DNA of 64,000 bases, taken from contig CBDCXR010000004.1 in the NCBI GenBank assembly GCA_965223845.1, forward strand, positions 6,272,001-6,336,000, given 5' to 3'. Positions 10,227-21,100 of this stretch are shown here, piece after piece. Positions within the stretch are counted from its first letter, which is position 1. Each line of letters begins with the position of its first letter. The notes beneath the pieces are model-generated. The model saw only the letters and a program-made list of their open reading frames with translations. It did not search any database and was not told where the DNA came from. The DNA comes from Planctomycetota bacterium (lineage in GTDB: Bacteria; Planctomycetota; UBA8108; SXIK01). Both the position numbers and the translations under genes were made by a program.

Positions 10227-12261
10227 CGTCGCGGTGCGAGTGCTCGTCGCCCGGCTTCGCGGGCGACGAGGACGTGGAGCCAGCGTCCCGCGGGGCGTGC
10301 GTGCTTCTCTTCACCCCGCAGCGAAGCATCGCCGCGCCGAAGTACGGATTGCGCACGGTCTCGTCGCTTTGGAGCCAAAGCGCGCCGCGATTCTTGAACG
10401 CCATCGGACAGTGCACCTCGTGAACGGGCGCCGTCGATTCGTGGCCGTACCGCGCGATTGCGCGCTGAAGCTCGAGCGAGAGCGACTCGAACGCGCTCCG
10501 CTGAACTACGATCGAATCGGCACGCGCGAGGCGTTCCGACGCGCGCGCGAGCGCTTGCCGCGCAGCCGCCCACTGCGCATCGGCGCTCTCTTCGCCTTCC
10601 CGGCGGGGCGGAAGCGCGGCCGCCGCTTTCGTCGCCGCCGCGCGGGCGCCTTCGGATTTGTCGGACGCCAGCGCATCGCCGATTTCACGGTAGAGATCGT
10701 AGAACGCGGTCAGCTCGCGGCGGATCTCTGGATCGTCCGCGGTCGGAGCGGGCGGTGGCGACGTGTCCGCGCCGCCGGCGGGGTCTCCGCTCGCGCGCTC
10801 CTCCGCGTGTGAATGTCCGTGGAGATGGCCTCCGCCTCCCGGCCCGCCGCCCTCGGGCTGCATCATGCTCGGCTTCGCTTCGATCTGAAGGGCGCTGTCG
10901 ATCTTGAATCCTCCGCGAACGACCACCTCCTCGCCTTCGTCGAGTCCGCGCGTGACGACGTAGTGCTCTCCCGCGCGCGGCCCGAGAACGACGCTACGCC
11001 CTTCGAAGATCGACGTGTCGGGCCTTCGCACATAGACGACCGCGCGCCGGCCGGTGATGAGCGGCGCTGAGGCGGGAATGACGAGCGGCGGCGTCTCGCT
11101 CGTAGCGCCGACGCGAAAGAGCTTCTCCGACGGCACGAGGTCCATGCCGCAGATATCGCAGGAGCCGGGTCCGTCCTTCACGATCTCGGGATGCATCGGG
11201 CTGATCCACTTCCCGGCGAGCGCGGGATCCATCACGCGACCGCCCGCGGCGAGCGTCGATCGCGCCTGGGCGCGGACGAACATCCCCGGCTTCAGTCGAT
11301 GGTCGGCGTTGTCGACGTTCAGCCGGACCTTTACCGTGCGCGTGTTCGGGTCGACCACCCAATCTTCAAACGTCACTCGGCCGTGAAACGTCTCGCCCGG
11401 ATAGGCCGGAGTTTCGAACGTGACGTCCTGACCGTAGCGGAGCCAAGGGAGATCCGACTCGTAGGCATCGAGCTTCACCCAGAGGCGAGTGAGATCGGCG
11501 ACCTTGTAGATCGGCGTACCCGTGGAGACGTAGTCGCCTTCGCTCGCGAGTTTCTCGACGACGACACCCTCGACGGGAGACGGAATCATGAGGTGCTGGC
11601 TCGGCGTGCGCCGCCGCTCGATCTCCGCGATCTGCTCCTCGGCGAGCCCGAGGAGGGCGAGCTTCGTTCGCACCGCATCGAGGTTGCCCGAGGGAAAGCG
11701 GCTCGAGAGACTCTCGTTCGTGGGCTCGGTTCGCTCGACGGCGTTCAGCGCCTCGACGAGCTGCTGCTGCGCCGCGTAGAGCTTCGGACTGTAGATGTCG
11801 ACGAGGTGGTCGCCGACGGCGACCGGGACCCCGGTGTAGTTGACGAACAGCCGGTCGAGCCGGCCGTCGACCCACGCGGTGATCGTCTTCACTTCGGTCT
11901 CGTCGAATTCGATCTTCCCCACCATCGCGATCGTCGCCTCGACGAACTTCCGCTCGACGGGTCGCGTCTCGACTTCGGCGAGGCGCATCGCGGCTTCGGA
12001 GAGCTCGAGCGCTCGCGGGCCCGGGTCGTCCGCACGCTCGGCGAGAGGGATCAGATCCATTTCGCAGATCGAGCACTTCCCTTCGTAGGGAAGCGTGATG
12101 TGAGGATGCATCGAACAGTAGTACGTCGTCGCGCCGCCCGCGGACGGTTCGCTCGACGGGTCGCGATCGGCCTCGTCGCGCGAGAGCGTCCCGGCCCAGT
12201 ACGAGAGGCCGGCAACCACCGCGAGCACGATGGCGAACAGGGCGATGGCTCGGAGGTTCAT
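10210..12261 (-). CDS. cusB: CusB-like periplasmic adaptor with two heavy-metal-binding (MHP..CxxCxM) domains and DUF3347-like C-terminus
   Basis: Real start MNLRAIALF at 12261 (ATGA overlap with tolC stop); YYCSMHP..CSICEMDL, WISPMHP..CDICGMDL, LKPGMFV, HCPMA..GALWLQ..NPYFG..MLRCG. Confidence 0.9.
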   Translation of the reverse strand: MNLRAIALFAIVLAVVAGLSYWAGTLSRDEADRDPSSEPSAGGATTYYCSMHPHITLPYEGKCSICEMDLIPLAERADDPGPRALELSEAAMRLAEVETRPVERKFVEATIAMVGKIEFDETEVKTITAWVDGRLDRLFVNYTGVPVAVGDHLVDIYSPKLYAAQQQLVEALNAVERTEPTNESLSSRFPSGNLDAVRTKLALLGLAEEQIAEIERRRTPSQHLMIPSPVEGVVVEKLASEGDYVSTGTPIYKVADLTRLWVKLDAYESDLPWLRYGQDVTFETPAYPGETFHGRVTFEDWVVDPNTRTVKVRLNVDNADHRLKPGMFVRAQARSTLAAGGRVMDPALAGKWISPMHPEIVKDGPGSCDICGMDLVPSEKLFRVGATSETPPLVIPASAPLITGRRAVVYVRRPDTSIFEGRSVVLGPRAGEHYVVTRGLDEGEEVVVRGGFKIDSALQIEAKPSMMQPEGGGPGGGGHLHGHSHAEERASGDPAGGADTSPPPAPTADDPEIRRELTAFYDLYREIGDALASDKSEGARAAATKAAAALPPRREGEESADAQWAAARQALARASERLARADSIVVQRSAFESLSLELQRAIARYGHESTAPVHEVHCPMAFKNRGALWLQSDETVRNPYFGAAMLRCGVKRSTHAPRDAGSTSSSPAKPGDEHSHRDGDRNE

Positions 12262-13727
12262 CGGGATTCCTCCCTTTGAGTTAGAGGGATGACGAAGCGT
12301 CCGAGGAGTCGATCGAGCTCCGCTTCGGCGCGCACACGATCGGCGCGGGCGCGCTCGCGCGCGAGTTGAAACTCGAGGTAGACGCGCTCGGCGTCGATGA
12401 GATCGAGGAAGTCCGAGCCGCCCGACTCGAACGAGCTCTCGGTCGAGCCGAGTGACTCTTCCGCCTTCGGGATCAGTGTCTCCTCGTAGAGCGTGATCCT
12501 CCGCTCGGCATCGCGAAGGTGAAAGAGCGCGAGCTCCACGCTCGCGCGGAGTCGATCCCGCGCGCCGGCGTGACGCTCGCGCGCCGATCGCCAGAGCGCG
12601 TCCGCTTCGCGCTCGCCGGCCCGGTACTTCTGCCACCAAATCGGCAGCTCGATCGAGAAGGAGAGCATCCACGGATCCTCGCCGCTGTCGCGTGTTCCGG
12701 GTGCGCGCGCGCTTCCGGTCGCGATCGTCTGGACGCCGACCGTGAGATCGGGAACGTACTCGCGCGCCGCGAGCTTCTTTTGCATGGCTGCGCCCTCGAT
12801 CTCCTCGCGGAGGGCGAGAAGCTCCGGGTTGTTCGCGTCGACGAACGCGAGGACGGAGTCGGCGTCGATCTCCGCCGCGCTCGTCAGGAGTTCGCGCGGC
12901 CACTCGATCGCGCGTTCGACCGGGAGATGGAGGAGCGAGTTCAGCTTCGCCCGGAGCGGGCGCTCCGTATCGAGCAGCGTTCGTAGGCCGTCCTCGAGGC
13001 GGCCGATCTCGACCTGAAGCCGGAGTAGATCCGGATGGTTCTCCGCTCCGGCGGCGAGCCGCCTCCGCGCGACGCGTTCGAGTCGCGCGAGGAGGTCGAG
13101 GTTCTCGCGCGTGATCGTGACCGAGCGACCGAGGTAGTAGTATTCGGCGAGGGTCGAGCGGAGCTCGCGGTCGAGGTCGAGCTGGGCGGCGAGGAAGCGT
13201 TGCCACGCCGCTGCCGCCTTTGCCTCCTCGATCGAGCCGCGGAGGCGCAGCTTCTCGAACCACGGGAACGATTGCGTGAGCGCGAAGCTTCTCTCCTGCG
13301 GACCGGTTCGCGTCTCCACCGAACGCAGGTACTCGACGTAGGTGAAGCGGGCCTCCGGTAGCGCCCGGGCCTGCGGCGCGCGTTCGGCCTGAGCGCGCCA
13401 CGCTTCGTAGAGAGCGCTGAGGCCGGGATTGTTCTCGGCGGCGTAGAGACGCATCGCGTCGAGGGGCGCGTCAGCGGGGAGTGCAGGCGCGGCGCGGCGC
13501 CCGCGACGATCCTCTGACCCAGTGCTCGATGGCGATGGCTCAGTCGGTGTGGGCGACGCGGGGGGATCGTCTCGCGAGCGTTCGACGAGCGGGACGGGAA
13601 ACGGCGCTGTCGGCGCGCGGGCGGGCGAAGCGCAGCCGCCGAACGAGAGAGCCGCCGCCGCGGCGACGAAGAGCCGCGATCGGGAGGGGTGGAACTCGAG
13701 CGAGGGGAAGGGGCGCCGGGAAAACAA
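12258..13727 (-). CDS. TolC/CusC family outer-membrane efflux lipoprotein
   Basis: Lipobox (LSFGGC), NPGL/NPEL repeats, QSFPWFEKL, SIELPIW, DFLDLIDAER. Confidence 0.88.
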   Translation of the reverse strand: MFSRRPFPSLEFHPSRSRLFVAAAAALSFGGCASPARAPTAPFPVPLVERSRDDPPASPTPTEPSPSSTGSEDRRGRRAAPALPADAPLDAMRLYAAENNPGLSALYEAWRAQAERAPQARALPEARFTYVEYLRSVETRTGPQERSFALTQSFPWFEKLRLRGSIEEAKAAAAWQRFLAAQLDLDRELRSTLAEYYYLGRSVTITRENLDLLARLERVARRRLAAGAENHPDLLRLQVEIGRLEDGLRTLLDTERPLRAKLNSLLHLPVERAIEWPRELLTSAAEIDADSVLAFVDANNPELLALREEIEGAAMQKKLAAREYVPDLTVGVQTIATGSARAPGTRDSGEDPWMLSFSIELPIWWQKYRAGEREADALWRSARERHAGARDRLRASVELALFHLRDAERRITLYEETLIPKAEESLGSTESSFESGGSDFLDLIDAERVYLEFQLARERARADRVRAEAELDRLLGRFVIPLTQREESR

Positions 13728-13928
13728 GGCGAGTCCTCCTCGGGGACTTTGTCGAAGAACGGCTTCGACGACGGCGAACGAGCGAGGCGAGAGACCGCGA
13801 GAGCAGACCGTCCTCGAACGGCGAGTCCGCTCGCAGAATCCGCGCGCGGTAACGCGAGAACCGGACGGATTCCGGAGGGTGGCAGAACCGACGAGCGAGA
13901 GGCTCTGCGGAATGGCGCGTCCGGACGA

Positions 13929-14348
13929 CTAGCGGACGCGGGGAGGAGCTCGAGCGCGAGCGGGTCCCGAAGGGGGAGTGACCGGGACGCGGTCGCTCCG
14001 GGCCGCGATAGACGCGACCGCATCGAGCGCGGGTGCGCGTCGAGCGGAATTCGCGAGTGCAGCGGCGACCGGCGCCTCCTGCGTCGACCCGATCCCGAGG
14101 ATCTCGTCCGTGCACGCACAGAGCCGACTCGGTCCTTCGAGTTCCGGTCGCGATTCCGGGCTCGCGCTCGCGCGGGGCGCCTCGTCGTTTGCCGCCGACT
14201 GGGCGCAGCAGCCGCGCGGGGACTCGGAGGACTCGAGCGCGCTGGCGCTGCAGCACTGCACACTCCCGAGACACAAGTGCGGCGCCGCGCCGACGACGAG
14301 GGCGGCGACGATGGTGACCCCAGCCGTGAAACGGTGTGCACGCTTCAT
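13929..14348 (-). CDS. Small Cys-rich exported hypothetical protein upstream of the metal efflux operon
   Basis: Hydrophobic N-terminus, HLC, CC, CC, CAC motifs, C-terminal RAPP; position typical of leaders of heavy-metal RND operons. Confidence 0.5.
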   Translation of the reverse strand: MKRAHRFTAGVTIVAALVVGAAPHLCLGSVQCCSASALESSESPRGCCAQSAANDEAPRASASPESRPELEGPSRLCACTDEILGIGSTQEAPVAAALANSARRAPALDAVASIAARSDRVPVTPPSGPARARAPPRVR

Positions 14349-14459
14349 GATGAAAGAGTATCAGCGCGAAACGGACGTCGCAAAGTGATCCTTCGCGAAA
14401 CAGGCCGGCGATGGGAGCGCTCTTGGCTGCGTCCCGGCCTCCTCGCCGTTTGAGTTCGA

Positions 14460-15578
14460 CTAGGACACGACGGGCGCGCGCTCTTCGAAGAACCAGTCCC
14501 AATCGGCGATGAGCTCCGGATCGGGCGCGGACGAATACGTCACCTCGAACGATCCGTCGTCCGCGCGGCGCGCCCGGGTCGGCTCGGCGAGAAGAAGCCG
14601 AGTCTCCTGCTGCGTCACCACGGGGAAGCCGTAGTGCTCGTTCCGGTAACCGAACGGGCCGGACGAGGCATGACGCGCTCGCACGAACTCACCGTGCGCG
14701 CGAATCCGTGCGGCAACTCGCTCGCGCCCCGTCTCGACGACGCGGCCCAGGTCGTCCCCGAGCGCTCGAGGAAGAGTGTCGTCGAGCTCGTAGCCGATCG
14801 AGTTTCGCCCCGAGGCCATCGCCGCGGCGGCCGTCGTTCCGAGCCCGAGGAACGGGTCGAGGACGGTGTCGCCCTTCGCAGAGAACATGTGGACGAGCCG
14901 GTAGGGGAGCTCGAAGGGAAACGCCGCGCTCCGCGTTCGTTCTTCGCGATCGAGCGCGCGCAGAGAGAGAGCTTGTTTCACCGGATTCAAGTCGGACCAC
15001 ACGTCCGAGAACCACTGGTTTCGCTCCTCCCAGAAGTAGGCGCTTTCTCGACGATTCGCCTTCTCCGCTGCGCTCGGAAAGTGACGGCGGCCGCCCTTTC
15101 GAAAAATGAGCACGTGCTCGTGCTCGAGCGTGACGTACGCGCCGGGAGGGAGCATGCCCGATCCCATGAACTTGTTCGGCGCGTTGGTCGGCTTGCGCCA
15201 GAGGACGGGCGGCAGCGCGACGAAGCCGAGGTCGAGGAACGCGCGGAGGACGCGCGAGTGGTTCGGGTAGAGCGCGAAGCGTCCGTCGAGGGTGCGCGTC
15301 GCATCACCGACGTTGATGCACGCGATGCCGCCGTCGACGAGGACGCGCGCGAGCTCTCGCCACACGAGGTCGAGAACGCGGTGCATCGCTTCGAAGGCAG
15401 CGACACCGTCGCTTCGCTCGAGCGCTGCTCGGACGTCGCCCGACTGCGACGCGAAGAGATCGTCCCACATCTCGATCATCGGATAAGGGGGCGACGTGAC
15501 GACAAGCTCGACCGCGGCGCCCGGGACCTCCGTCATGCTGCGGGCATCGCCAATGTGGATTCGGTGACGGGTGCGCAT
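14460..15578 (-). CDS. Site-specific DNA methyltransferase (N4-C/N6-A, beta class)
   Basis: Catalytic TSPPY near the N-terminus, SAM-binding VLDPFLGLGTT near the C-terminus. Confidence 0.9.
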   Translation of the reverse strand: MRTRHRIHIGDARSMTEVPGAAVELVVTSPPYPMIEMWDDLFASQSGDVRAALERSDGVAAFEAMHRVLDLVWRELARVLVDGGIACINVGDATRTLDGRFALYPNHSRVLRAFLDLGFVALPPVLWRKPTNAPNKFMGSGMLPPGAYVTLEHEHVLIFRKGGRRHFPSAAEKANRRESAYFWEERNQWFSDVWSDLNPVKQALSLRALDREERTRSAAFPFELPYRLVHMFSAKGDTVLDPFLGLGTTAAAAMASGRNSIGYELDDTLPRALGDDLGRVVETGRERVAARIRAHGEFVRARHASSGPFGYRNEHYGFPVVTQQETRLLLAEPTRARRADDGSFEVTYSSAPDPELIADWDWFFEERAPVVS

Positions 15579-15916
15579 GATCGAAATCGTCCGGGCTCAG
15601 GCGGAAGGGCGAGCGAGTGCGCGCGGATTCTACTCGAGTCGGCACCGGCGGGGGCCCGGAATCCGGACGCGCGACGGGATCGGCGCGATCGTCTCGAAAC
15701 GGGACAGGCGGGAGCGTTGAACCGGGGATCCGTCGCTTCGAGTTCTTGCCGATTTGGTCGCGAAACCGGCTCTCGACGAGGCTTCGCCGCGCAATCTCAA
15801 CCGTCCGGCGGCCCGCGCCGGCATGCGAGTTGCCGTTAGGAAGGGTGACCGATCGACCGTCGAGCACGCGGAGTCGCGCGCTCGAAGTCGCTTCCCCAAC
15901 GAGAGTAGGAGTTCCT

Positions 15917-16354
15917 GTGCACCGCCGGAGCGGAGTCACCTTCATCGAGCTCGTCGTCCTCGCGACCGGACTCGCCGTCGCACTGACGATCGCCGTTCTC
16001 GGCGCGCCTCTCGTCCGCATCGCGAAGAACGAGACCGCGGCGGTGCGGGCGCTCCGCGAGCTCGCCGCGGCGAACGAAGTCTACCGCACACGGAGCGGAG
16101 AGTTCGCGCCATCGCTCGTTGCGCTCGTTCAAGCGCCGGACCTCGAAACGGAGACGCTCGAGGCGCTCGCCGGTGAACCGGAAGACGAAGGATTCGAGCT
16201 CTCGTACGAGTCGAGCGGAGGAACCTTCTCCGCACGTGCGGAACCCATCGCGGTCGGGGGGACGGGCGTCCGGCATTTTTTCATCGACGCGACGGGCGTC
16301 GTGCGTGCGAGCGCGGCCGGAAGTGCGTCGAGTCGTTCCGCGGCGATCGACTAG
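15917..16354 (+). CDS. Type IV pilin-like protein
   Basis: GTG start with AGGA RBS; RRSG^VTFIELVV, NETAAVRALRELAAA..Y, GVRHFFIDATGVVR. Confidence 0.75.
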   Translation: MHRRSGVTFIELVVLATGLAVALTIAVLGAPLVRIAKNETAAVRALRELAAANEVYRTRSGEFAPSLVALVQAPDLETETLEALAGEPEDEGFELSYESSGGTFSARAEPIAVGGTGVRHFFIDATGVVRASAAGSASSRSAAID

Positions 16355-16671
16355 TCCGTCGCGATTGCACACGTCGTTTCGTGCGCGAAGGGGCGAGGCG
16401 CCGCAAGTCGCGCTTCGACGCTCTCCGCGTATCTGCGCTTTCCGCCGTTCACTCTGAAACGCGTCGGCCGGTCGATCAACGGGGGCATCGCAGCGGCGCG
16501 AGCCGATGGTCGTGTCGTTGTGCCCGCCGACATCGCCGGTCTTGTCTCGCTTTTCAAGCTCACGCGCGCGTCTTGAGAGAGTGATTCCACGGCGGAAGTC
16601 CGAGATGCGGTCGGCTTGCGTCTTGCCGTCGGGACGGATTCGTAACCTTCGCCTCGAATGTGTAATACGCT

Positions 16672-16704
16672 TGCGATTCGATTCCTGAGCGGAATCGAGT
16701 CGCA
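16672..16704. repeat. 14-bp inverted repeat in AT-rich intergenic region
   Basis: TGCGATTCGATTCC / GGAATCGAGTCGCA (one mismatch), 5-nt loop. Confidence 0.7.
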
Positions 16705-17184
16705 CTCCTACGTGGTCGAATTCGATCACGCGGGAGCAATTACCATTCCGATCAGTCGTTTTTTCGTGCGAATAAAAAACTAGCAGTTTCTTTTTGACAC
16801 GCAACGCGCGCAGTCTTATCGGATGAATACACACGGGAGACGAGGGGCGCGAAGACGACGCGGGCATTTCTCATTCACGGGTTTTGAGCGTTCATTCGAG
16901 AGCCATTCGCTGGATCCACCGAATGACGCTACAGGCACGGGAGAATCAGAAAGGCCGCATCGGGATTGCGCCGAGACCGGACGACCGAGGGCTCGATACG
17001 TCGGCCAGCGGTTTCATTTCGGAGGGTTCGATCTCGACCGCGGAAGATTGAGGCGTCTTTCGGTACAGGTCGGATTGGTACGAGGCGGGGCAGCGACGCT
17101 CGCCAAGGGTAGTGGGGGCGTCTGAGCCGATCGTCCGCGATCGACTCACTCGTACTTGGATCATTGAATCGTGGGGGATTCACG

Positions 17185-17997
17185 ATGAGTCCAAGAGCGA
17201 AGCGCGGCATCGGTGCCGCTCTCTCGGTGGTTGTGGTCGTTGTAGTGTCGGCAGCGGTTTTCTTCACGAGCGGGGATCGAGAGACCGGGGCGTCTCCTCT
17301 TCTCGCGGCGGCGGAGCCGGAAACGAAGAAAAACGCTGAGGCCAAGGGTGCGGAGCCAAAGGCCGCGGAACCGAAGGCCGGAGCGCCGGCGCCCGCGAAG
17401 AAGGCGGCCGAACCGGTGGAACCAGAGCCCGCGAAAGCCGCGGCGCCGCCGCAGGAAGCGGAGCCGCCAGCGGAGGAAGAGCTGCTCCTCCCGTTTCAGT
17501 GGGGAGCAGTACTCGGCGCCGAGCGCTGCGCGTTCTCCGGGCGGCCGCTCGTTCAGGTTTTCGTCGATGAGGACATCAACCAGCGCGAGCTCGAGTCGTG
17601 TCTCTCGACGATCGAGGTTGAGGATCAGATGGCGGGGTTCTTCGTCGGCGCGCTGATCAGTCCGGCCGACGAGGCAGCACAGCCGTCGACACTCCGCCGC
17701 CGCACCGACCTCAAGGTCATCGTGCGCGGCGCGAACGGAAAGTTCCTCGGTGCGCTCGGAGACACGTTTACGTGTGACGACCTCGTCGCGCTACTCCAGC
17801 GACTGAGGCGAAACCATCGCCTGAAGGGGCCGCCGAGTCCCGTCTACTCGGTGCTCCTCCGGGACTCGAAACCCATCCAGGATCTCGTGGCCAAGGGAAA
17901 CGTCGCGCGAGCGGCGCAGTGGGTCCGGTTCCTCAAAGAGTTCGAAGGTGCTGGCAGCGGGGCAGCCATCGCGGCCGAGGCAGCGCTACCGCGCTAA
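17185..17997 (+). CDS. Membrane-anchored hypothetical protein with Pro/Ala/Glu linker and possible degenerate thioredoxin-like domain
   Basis: N-terminal TM (ALSVVVVVVVSAAVFF), AEPKA repeats, then W....AERCAFSGRPLVQVFV; no CxxC. Confidence 0.6.
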   Translation: MSPRAKRGIGAALSVVVVVVVSAAVFFTSGDRETGASPLLAAAEPETKKNAEAKGAEPKAAEPKAGAPAPAKKAAEPVEPEPAKAAAPPQEAEPPAEEELLLPFQWGAVLGAERCAFSGRPLVQVFVDEDINQRELESCLSTIEVEDQMAGFFVGALISPADEAAQPSTLRRRTDLKVIVRGANGKFLGALGDTFTCDDLVALLQRLRRNHRLKGPPSPVYSVLLRDSKPIQDLVAKGNVARAAQWVRFLKEFEGAGSGAAIAAEAALPR

Positions 17998-18136
17998 CGA
18001 CGCCGCCTGCGTGCGACGGCGGGGAACGTATCTTGTCGTCGCGGAGTTCGCCGGGTGCCCTGGGGACGAACCGGTCGGGCGACCGGGCACCGGTATCGCA
18101 ACTGTTCTGCGAACCACACAGTTTTGGGGGATAGAC

Positions 18137-21100
18137 ATGAACTCTACGCGCCACTACCGCTGGAACTTCTTGTTTCTGGTGGGACTCTTCGCTGCACCGC
18201 TGTCAGCCCTCGCTCAAGAGGACGATTACGAATTCATGCCGCTCCACGCGTGGCGGATCCTGGGGGAAACCGGAGGAGACGATCTCACCACCACGCTCAT
18301 GGAGGGCTTTCCGGGGCTCGACGCCGAGCCGTCGAAGGACCGCTGGACGGAGCCCGTCGACGGCAGCGGCGGGTTCGACAACGTCGCGCCGCGCCTCGGC
18401 GCGCAGGAGGGCCCGGGTGGGCTTGAGTGGGATCCGTCACCGACGTATCGCACGCGGTACAAGAACGGGACCAACTACACGAACAACGGGACGACGCGGA
18501 TGATCGGGAACAATTGGTTTCCGAAGATTCCGTATGTAATGGACGACTCCTACCAGAACCAGCAGTGGATCGTCCGCTTCGACGCGAATACGTACCGGGT
18601 CTACGATCAGGATCAGTCGGACTCGTACACGTTTTGGGGGCGGAACGGGAATGCGAAGTCGAAGCTCTACGTGAGCGGGAACTGGGTTTACGTCTACGAC
18701 ATCGGCGGAAAGACCTACACGTTCAACGAGACTGGGTCGACGAAGCGCTGCACGAAGATCGAGGGTATCGGTTCCGCCGAGATTACGATCTCCTACACCT
18801 CGTCGGCGATCACGGTGATCCAGAAATCGGACTCGAGTACCGAGGTCCGAAAGTGGACCTACACCCTCACCGACCACGGGAGCGGCAAGCGAGTCGACAA
18901 AATCGAGGTCGCACACAAGCCGAGCACGAGCTGGGTCGTCTACCGAACGATCGAATTCACCTATCACGAGCAGGTGACGAGTGCCGCGGGGAGCTCGACC
19001 GGCGACCTCATCGGCATCGAGGACACGCGCGATCTCTCCGACTCGGGAGAGGACTACACCCGGAAGTGGGTCTTCAAGTACTACACGGGGACCTACAACT
19101 CGACCACGAACCCGGGCAATCCGTACCAAATCGCGGCGGTGATCGAGCCGGGCGACGTCAAGGCGTTCGACGACGACAATCCGACGCTCGACATCTACAC
19201 GCGGACCGTGTCCCAGCTCTCGGGTTACCTCACTCGCGAGTACGAATACAACTCGGACCGCCGGCTTCGGGATCTCACGCTCAACGACGATTGCGGCTGC
19301 GGGAGTGGGTCCGGAGCGTTCGCGTACTCTTGGGCGCAGAACGGCTCGACGCCGTCCGATCTCAACACGTGGTACCGAAAGGTCGAGATCGTCCTCCCAA
19401 ACGACGCGCGGAGGATCATCGACTACAACAAGTACGGGCAGACCCTGAACTCGATTCTCCAGGAAGACGAATCGAACTCGAGCTCCCGGCGGTGGATCAC
19501 GACGTTCCGTCACGACACGACCGGCCGCCTCACCGACAGCTACTCGGTGGCGGCGTGTGACAGCTACAACTCGTCGACTCACGTGGTGACGACGAACACG
19601 ACGGACGGGATGCGCTACCAGTACACCTACGACTCGGACAATGCGCTGAGCACGGTCAAGCTTCGCGATCCCGGGAACGGGAACTGGAACTATCAGCGAA
19701 AGAAGGCGTTCACCTTCAAGACCTCCGGGAGCCGGCGGCGGTACGTGAAGACGTCGGACAAGGTCTATCCGACGGAGACGACGACGGACACGGGATCGAA
19801 CGAGACGACTTTCGCGTACACGTATCACACCGATGCGCTTGCGGTGAAGAAACGGACGACGACGCTTCCGACCGTGACGACGGCTCAGAACGGGCCGAAC
19901 TCGGCCGTCTCGCTGTACGCGTATTTGGAGGACGACGGCCTCCAGACGTGGACGAAGGATGGCGAAGGCTACGTCACTTACACCGGCTACGACGCGGATC
20001 TCCGGGTGGCTACCACTCGCGTCGTCGATCTCGACAACTCGAATCGCCCGACCGGGGTCCCCGCTGCACCTGACACGGTGTTCGCGACGACGAGCGGCCT
20101 CAATCTCGTTGACGAGTGGGAGTACGACGAGCTCGCTCGGCGGACGAAGCACATCGCGCCGGCGTTCGACGCCTACAACGGGACGTCGATCGTGTCCTAC
20201 GAGACGACGAAGCGGTGGTACTACTCGAAGCTTTCCGGGGACGAGCTTGTTCTCATGGAGTACCCGCACGTCGGTTCTGCGTACTACCACGCTGCGATCG
20301 ACCTTACCGTTCTGGATCACCACGGCGATGTCGTGACTCAGGCGAAGGGCGAGCTGGCATCGGCCACCCGAGGAACCTATCTGCCGAACGACTTCGACGA
20401 GACCGAGGCGACCCTCGAAGACGGGTTCAACGGCGACATCGTCCAGCGTACAGAGTTCGAGTACACGGGCGGTCGCCAGACGAAGGCGTCTGTCTGGAGC
20501 GACGCCGATCTCTCGACGGCGGACAAGCACGAGACGATTTCGACGTATGACTCCTCCGGACGTCTCGAGACGACGAAAACGCCGGCCGGGACGATCACGC
20601 GGTATTCGTACGACGTGCTCGGGCGCATGAAAACTCGCAAGGTCGGCACGATCGACGGCGGCGGGAGCGACAACATGACGCTCGTCGAGGAGCTCTTCTA
20701 CGATGACGAAGAAGACACTTCGACAAACGTCGGCGATGGATTTCTCACTCGCCGGAAGCTCGACACGAACCACTCGACGAGCGATGACCGCGAGACGGAC
20801 ACGACCTACGACTATCGCGGGCGCGCGACGGACATCTACGAACCCGAGGATGTGAAGGTCGAGCGGGATTACGACAACCTCGGCCGCGTCACCGAAGACC
20901 GGCGTTACGACGACAGTGGAGGGTCGCCGACTCTTCTTGCGAAGACAAAGAGCTATTACGACGCGTGGGGACAGGCGTACGAGACGCGCACGTACGGCAT
21001 CGTGAGCGGTAGCGGTACCGATTACACGAACGTCGAGACCTGGCGTGACAAACGCGGGCTCGAGGTCAAGTCGTTGAGTCAAGGAAAGGTCTTCAACAAG

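Noticed and set aside
12262-13401. N-terminal ~380 aa of the 1063-aa ORF 10210..13401
   Set aside because: Out-of-frame overlap with tolC; the real CusB start is at 12261 with an ATGA junction.
18050-18094. GGTGCCC...GGGCACC hairpin upstream of Rhs resembling sequence at 25461 and 27082
   Set aside because: Only 7-9 nt of GC-rich match; chance cannot be excluded, so not called as an element end.
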